A stretch of 63,338 bases of DNA, filler included, from Vannella sp. (Eukaryota): NCBI GenBank assembly GCA_023345925.1. It is 8 parts of 8 records of this genome, joined end to end, with 100 filler letters (N's around TTAATTAATTAA, not from the genome) between each part and the next. Parts side by side here need not be neighbours in the genome. Positions count along the whole stretch, not along the records: positions 52,865 to 60,972 come from JAJQQN010000676.1; positions 61,073 to 63,338 come from JAJQQN010000169.1; 6 more parts are not named here. One strand, 5' to 3'. Below the pieces are notes generated by a model. The model did not search any database and was not told the DNA's origin. It saw nothing but the letters and a program-made list of their open reading frames with translations. This document shows, piece by piece, positions 60,970 to 63,338 of this stretch; positions within the stretch are counted from its first letter, which is position 1, and every line of letters starts with the position of its first letter. Both the position numbers and the translations under genes were made by a program.

Positions 60970-61257
60970 GTTNNNNNNNNNNNNNNNNNNNNNNNNNNNN
61001 NNNNNNNNNNNNNNNNTTAATTAATTAANNNNNNNNNNNNNNNNNNNNNNNNNNNNNNNNNNNNNNNNNNNNAAATTAATGAACCCTCACTTCCCCTCGC
61101 CAACCCAATTCCCGTTTTCCAAAAAGATTCTCATTTTCGGTTCCCGGAAATAAATTCGAGGAAAAAAATTGGAAATATGTGGGAATCAATTCAAACGAAT
61201 CCCCAGTTCGTTTGTGAACAAAAGGGAACACAATTTGAGCTTGCAAGTTTAACTAGG

Positions 61258-61593
61258 ATGCCTTCAGAGTGCATCGTGTGTTGGACCACTTGCCCTGGTG
61301 AAGAAGAGGCTCGAAGATTGGCGGAGAAATTGGTTGGTGAAGGGCTGTGTGCATGTGTGAACATCATTCCAAGTGTGACTAGCGTGTATCGATGGGAAGG
61401 AAAGGTCAACTGCGACAAGGAGCACCTGCTGATGATCAAAACCACCAAACACCACCAAGAGGACCTCATTCGCGCTATCCAAGACAACCACCCTTACAAA
61501 GTCCCTGAGGCCATCACTGTTGACATTGAAGGAGGAAGCAGCGACTATCTGGCCTGGATTCAGCAGTCGCTCTCTAAAGACTCTCCCGTTTGA
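61258..61593 (+). CDS. cutA: CutA divalent-cation tolerance protein
   Basis: LCACVNIIP.VTSVYRWEG, HPYKVPE, YLAWI. Confidence 0.93.
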   Translation: MPSECIVCWTTCPGEEEARRLAEKLVGEGLCACVNIIPSVTSVYRWEGKVNCDKEHLLMIKTTKHHQEDLIRAIQDNHPYKVPEAITVDIEGGSSDYLAWIQQSLSKDSPV

Positions 61594-61657
61594 AGCTTTG
61601 CTGTTGGTTTGCTCACCATGAAGTACTTGGCTCTTTATTGCCTCTCCTAAGGGTTCC

Positions 61658-62164
61658 TTAAAGGGTTATCTTGAGGCTGGGCTTGCCCTTCTTGGCATCA
61701 GCAAGGAGGATGGGAAAGTCGTTGAGGGAGAGAGGATCCATCATCACCTTATCCTGGTAGGACAAGGTGCAAGAGAAGGGAACCTGGAACTCGTCAAATA
61801 GTCTCTTTTTGAGGTTGATGATAGTTTCGCCCGTCTTGCAGGTGACTTCATGCTCTTTCCCGTCCGGGAAGGAAAGTGTGATTGTGATGTCCTCGTGGAT
61901 ATCAGACTCTTCGTCATAAGATGCTCGTGGAGTCTTGGAGGTATCAAAGGATAGTTCTGCCATGGAAGGCTTCAGATCAACTGCCCAGTTTTGTTAGAAC
62001 ATCGCCCACCAACTGAAGCATGACCGTTTGCACGTGCAACGTGACAACCAAGGCCACTCACTCTTGATCTTAAGGCCCACTGCCTCGTCAGAGACCTCTT
62101 CGGACTCAGAGTACTCCTCGGACTCTTCAGACTCGTCAACAACCTTCACGTTTGGGTCCGACAT
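61658..62164 (-). CDS. Ubiquitin-like domain protein with acidic N-terminus
   Basis: Exon 1 MSDPNVKVVDESEE..., intron, then ITLSFPDGKEHEV..GETIINLK..MMDPLSLNDF. Confidence 0.6.
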
Positions 62165-62366
62165 GAAAGAAAAAGTGGTTCTATGGCGCTCCTCGAATTT
62201 TCCCTATCAACTCCCAGACTCATTGTTACGGTCCTTTAGACTGAGATGGGTCCGGGAGGAGTACTGAAGGGGTCAGAGGGCTTCTCGTTAACATTCCGCT
62301 GTGTGAGGACCAGACCCACATACATCAGCCATCTGTTCTCGATAAAAGGGTGTATTCCGATTAGAT

Positions 62367-63321
62367 CTAAGCAGAGGCAGCCTTCTTCTTTTGGGCAGAG
62401 GAGATCTTTTGACGGATCTTGTCCTTGCGCTGAGCGTAGGAAAGACGGGTCTTGTTGTATCGCTTGGGCTTGACACCTTCGGCAACGGAGGGAGTCTTCT
62501 TTTGGGCCTTGGGGTCAGCGCGGATGGCGGTGTGGACAGACTGGTACAGTTTCTCCAGATCTCCTCCGGTGATGCCAGCAGCCTGGAAACGACCGAATTG
62601 GCGCTTGAACTTCTCGGGGGAATCTTGAAGGGTATCCATGTACTCAGCAATGTTTCCACCGAAGAGGTACTTGCGGAGGATTTCGGGCTTGAACTCCTTG
62701 GTCTCAGCATCATATCCAGCAAGACGCTGGGTAGAGTGAGGGACATCGAGACCTCCGTCGCAGGCACCCTTCATGGTGGCGAAGACGCGAGCACCGGTGG
62801 TGGTGCGAGCAAGTCCAACATCGAGGAAAGCCTTGAAGGGGTTGCGGGCTTCGTCATCACGCTCTTGATCAGTGAAGACGTTATAGTCCTCTCCATCAAC
62901 GGAAGCCTTTCCGGTGTAAAGATCGGCCATTCCGAGGCTGGTGAGGTGTCGGCGGGCAAGAAGGAGACCAACGCAGTAAGCAGAGGCGTAGTTGGTAAGT
63001 CCGACCTTGAGGCCGTAGCGGGGGAGCTCGTGGGCATAGGCAGCGGTCATCACCTTGTCACCGAGGATGCCAGCAGAGACGATCTGGGCGATAACATCAC
63101 GGTTGGTGAAGCGGACAACAAGTCGGTACTTCTTGGAGTTGTACTTGTTCTTGTCCTGAGCGACAAGGCGCTTTCGGGCCTGGTAGTCGGTCTTTCCCTC
63201 TCGTCGTCGTCTGTACTTAGTTTGGTAGCGCTTGAAGTAAGCCTTGTTCTTGACAACCTTGACGAAACCCTGAAATATGATAAGAACACATCCATCCCCA
63301 TCAGAACGAACGACGTACCAT
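62367..63321 (-). CDS. RPL5: 60S ribosomal protein L5 (uL18)
   Basis: ATG|intron 63270-63318|GFVKVVKNKAYFKRYQTKYRRRREGKTDY, AYAHELPRYG, LDVGLARTTTGARVF. Confidence 0.97.
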
Positions 63322-63338
63322 GGAAGCGAAAATAAAAA

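Noticed and set aside
62391..63335. 314-aa antisense ORF over RPL5
   Set aside because: Shadow ORF of a highly biased ribosomal protein gene

Overview
Eukaryotic nuclear DNA from a gene-dense protist with short GT-AG introns (mostly 40-70 nt). RWP-RK, CLU-TPR-LRR and GBD/FH3-RasGEF genes point to Amoebozoa (inference). The window is eight separate contigs joined by artificial 100-nt N/TTAATTAATTAA linkers, so adjacency across linkers means nothing. Most genes are housekeeping: TECR, ACAP ArfGAP, GRIPAP1-like, Fe-SOD, GCP3, RWDD1, tRNA-Asp, PCBD, Rb, TBC1D9-like, PPi-PFK, cyclin H, RasGEF, fumarate reductase, kinesin-1, NSUN5, UBC9, beta-COP, CutA, RPL5. The standout is 50294-52748, which the ORF track shows as mostly empty. 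Read by hand it is one gene with 27 phase-0 introns and two arrays of 13 and 12 microexons (24 of exactly 3 nt, i.e. one codon, and one of 6 nt). The arrays fall in the inter-repeat/beta-hairpin loops of an ankyrin-repeat domain fused to a switch-degenerate, CaaX-tailed Rab1-like domain. Any subset of microexons keeps the frame, so this is a candidate splicing-based 'codon-by-codon' diversifier of an ankyrin binding surface (theoretical maximum 2^25 splice patterns). Whether skipping actually occurs cannot be seen from DNA alone. All gene models and family assignments were made by eye, without database searches.
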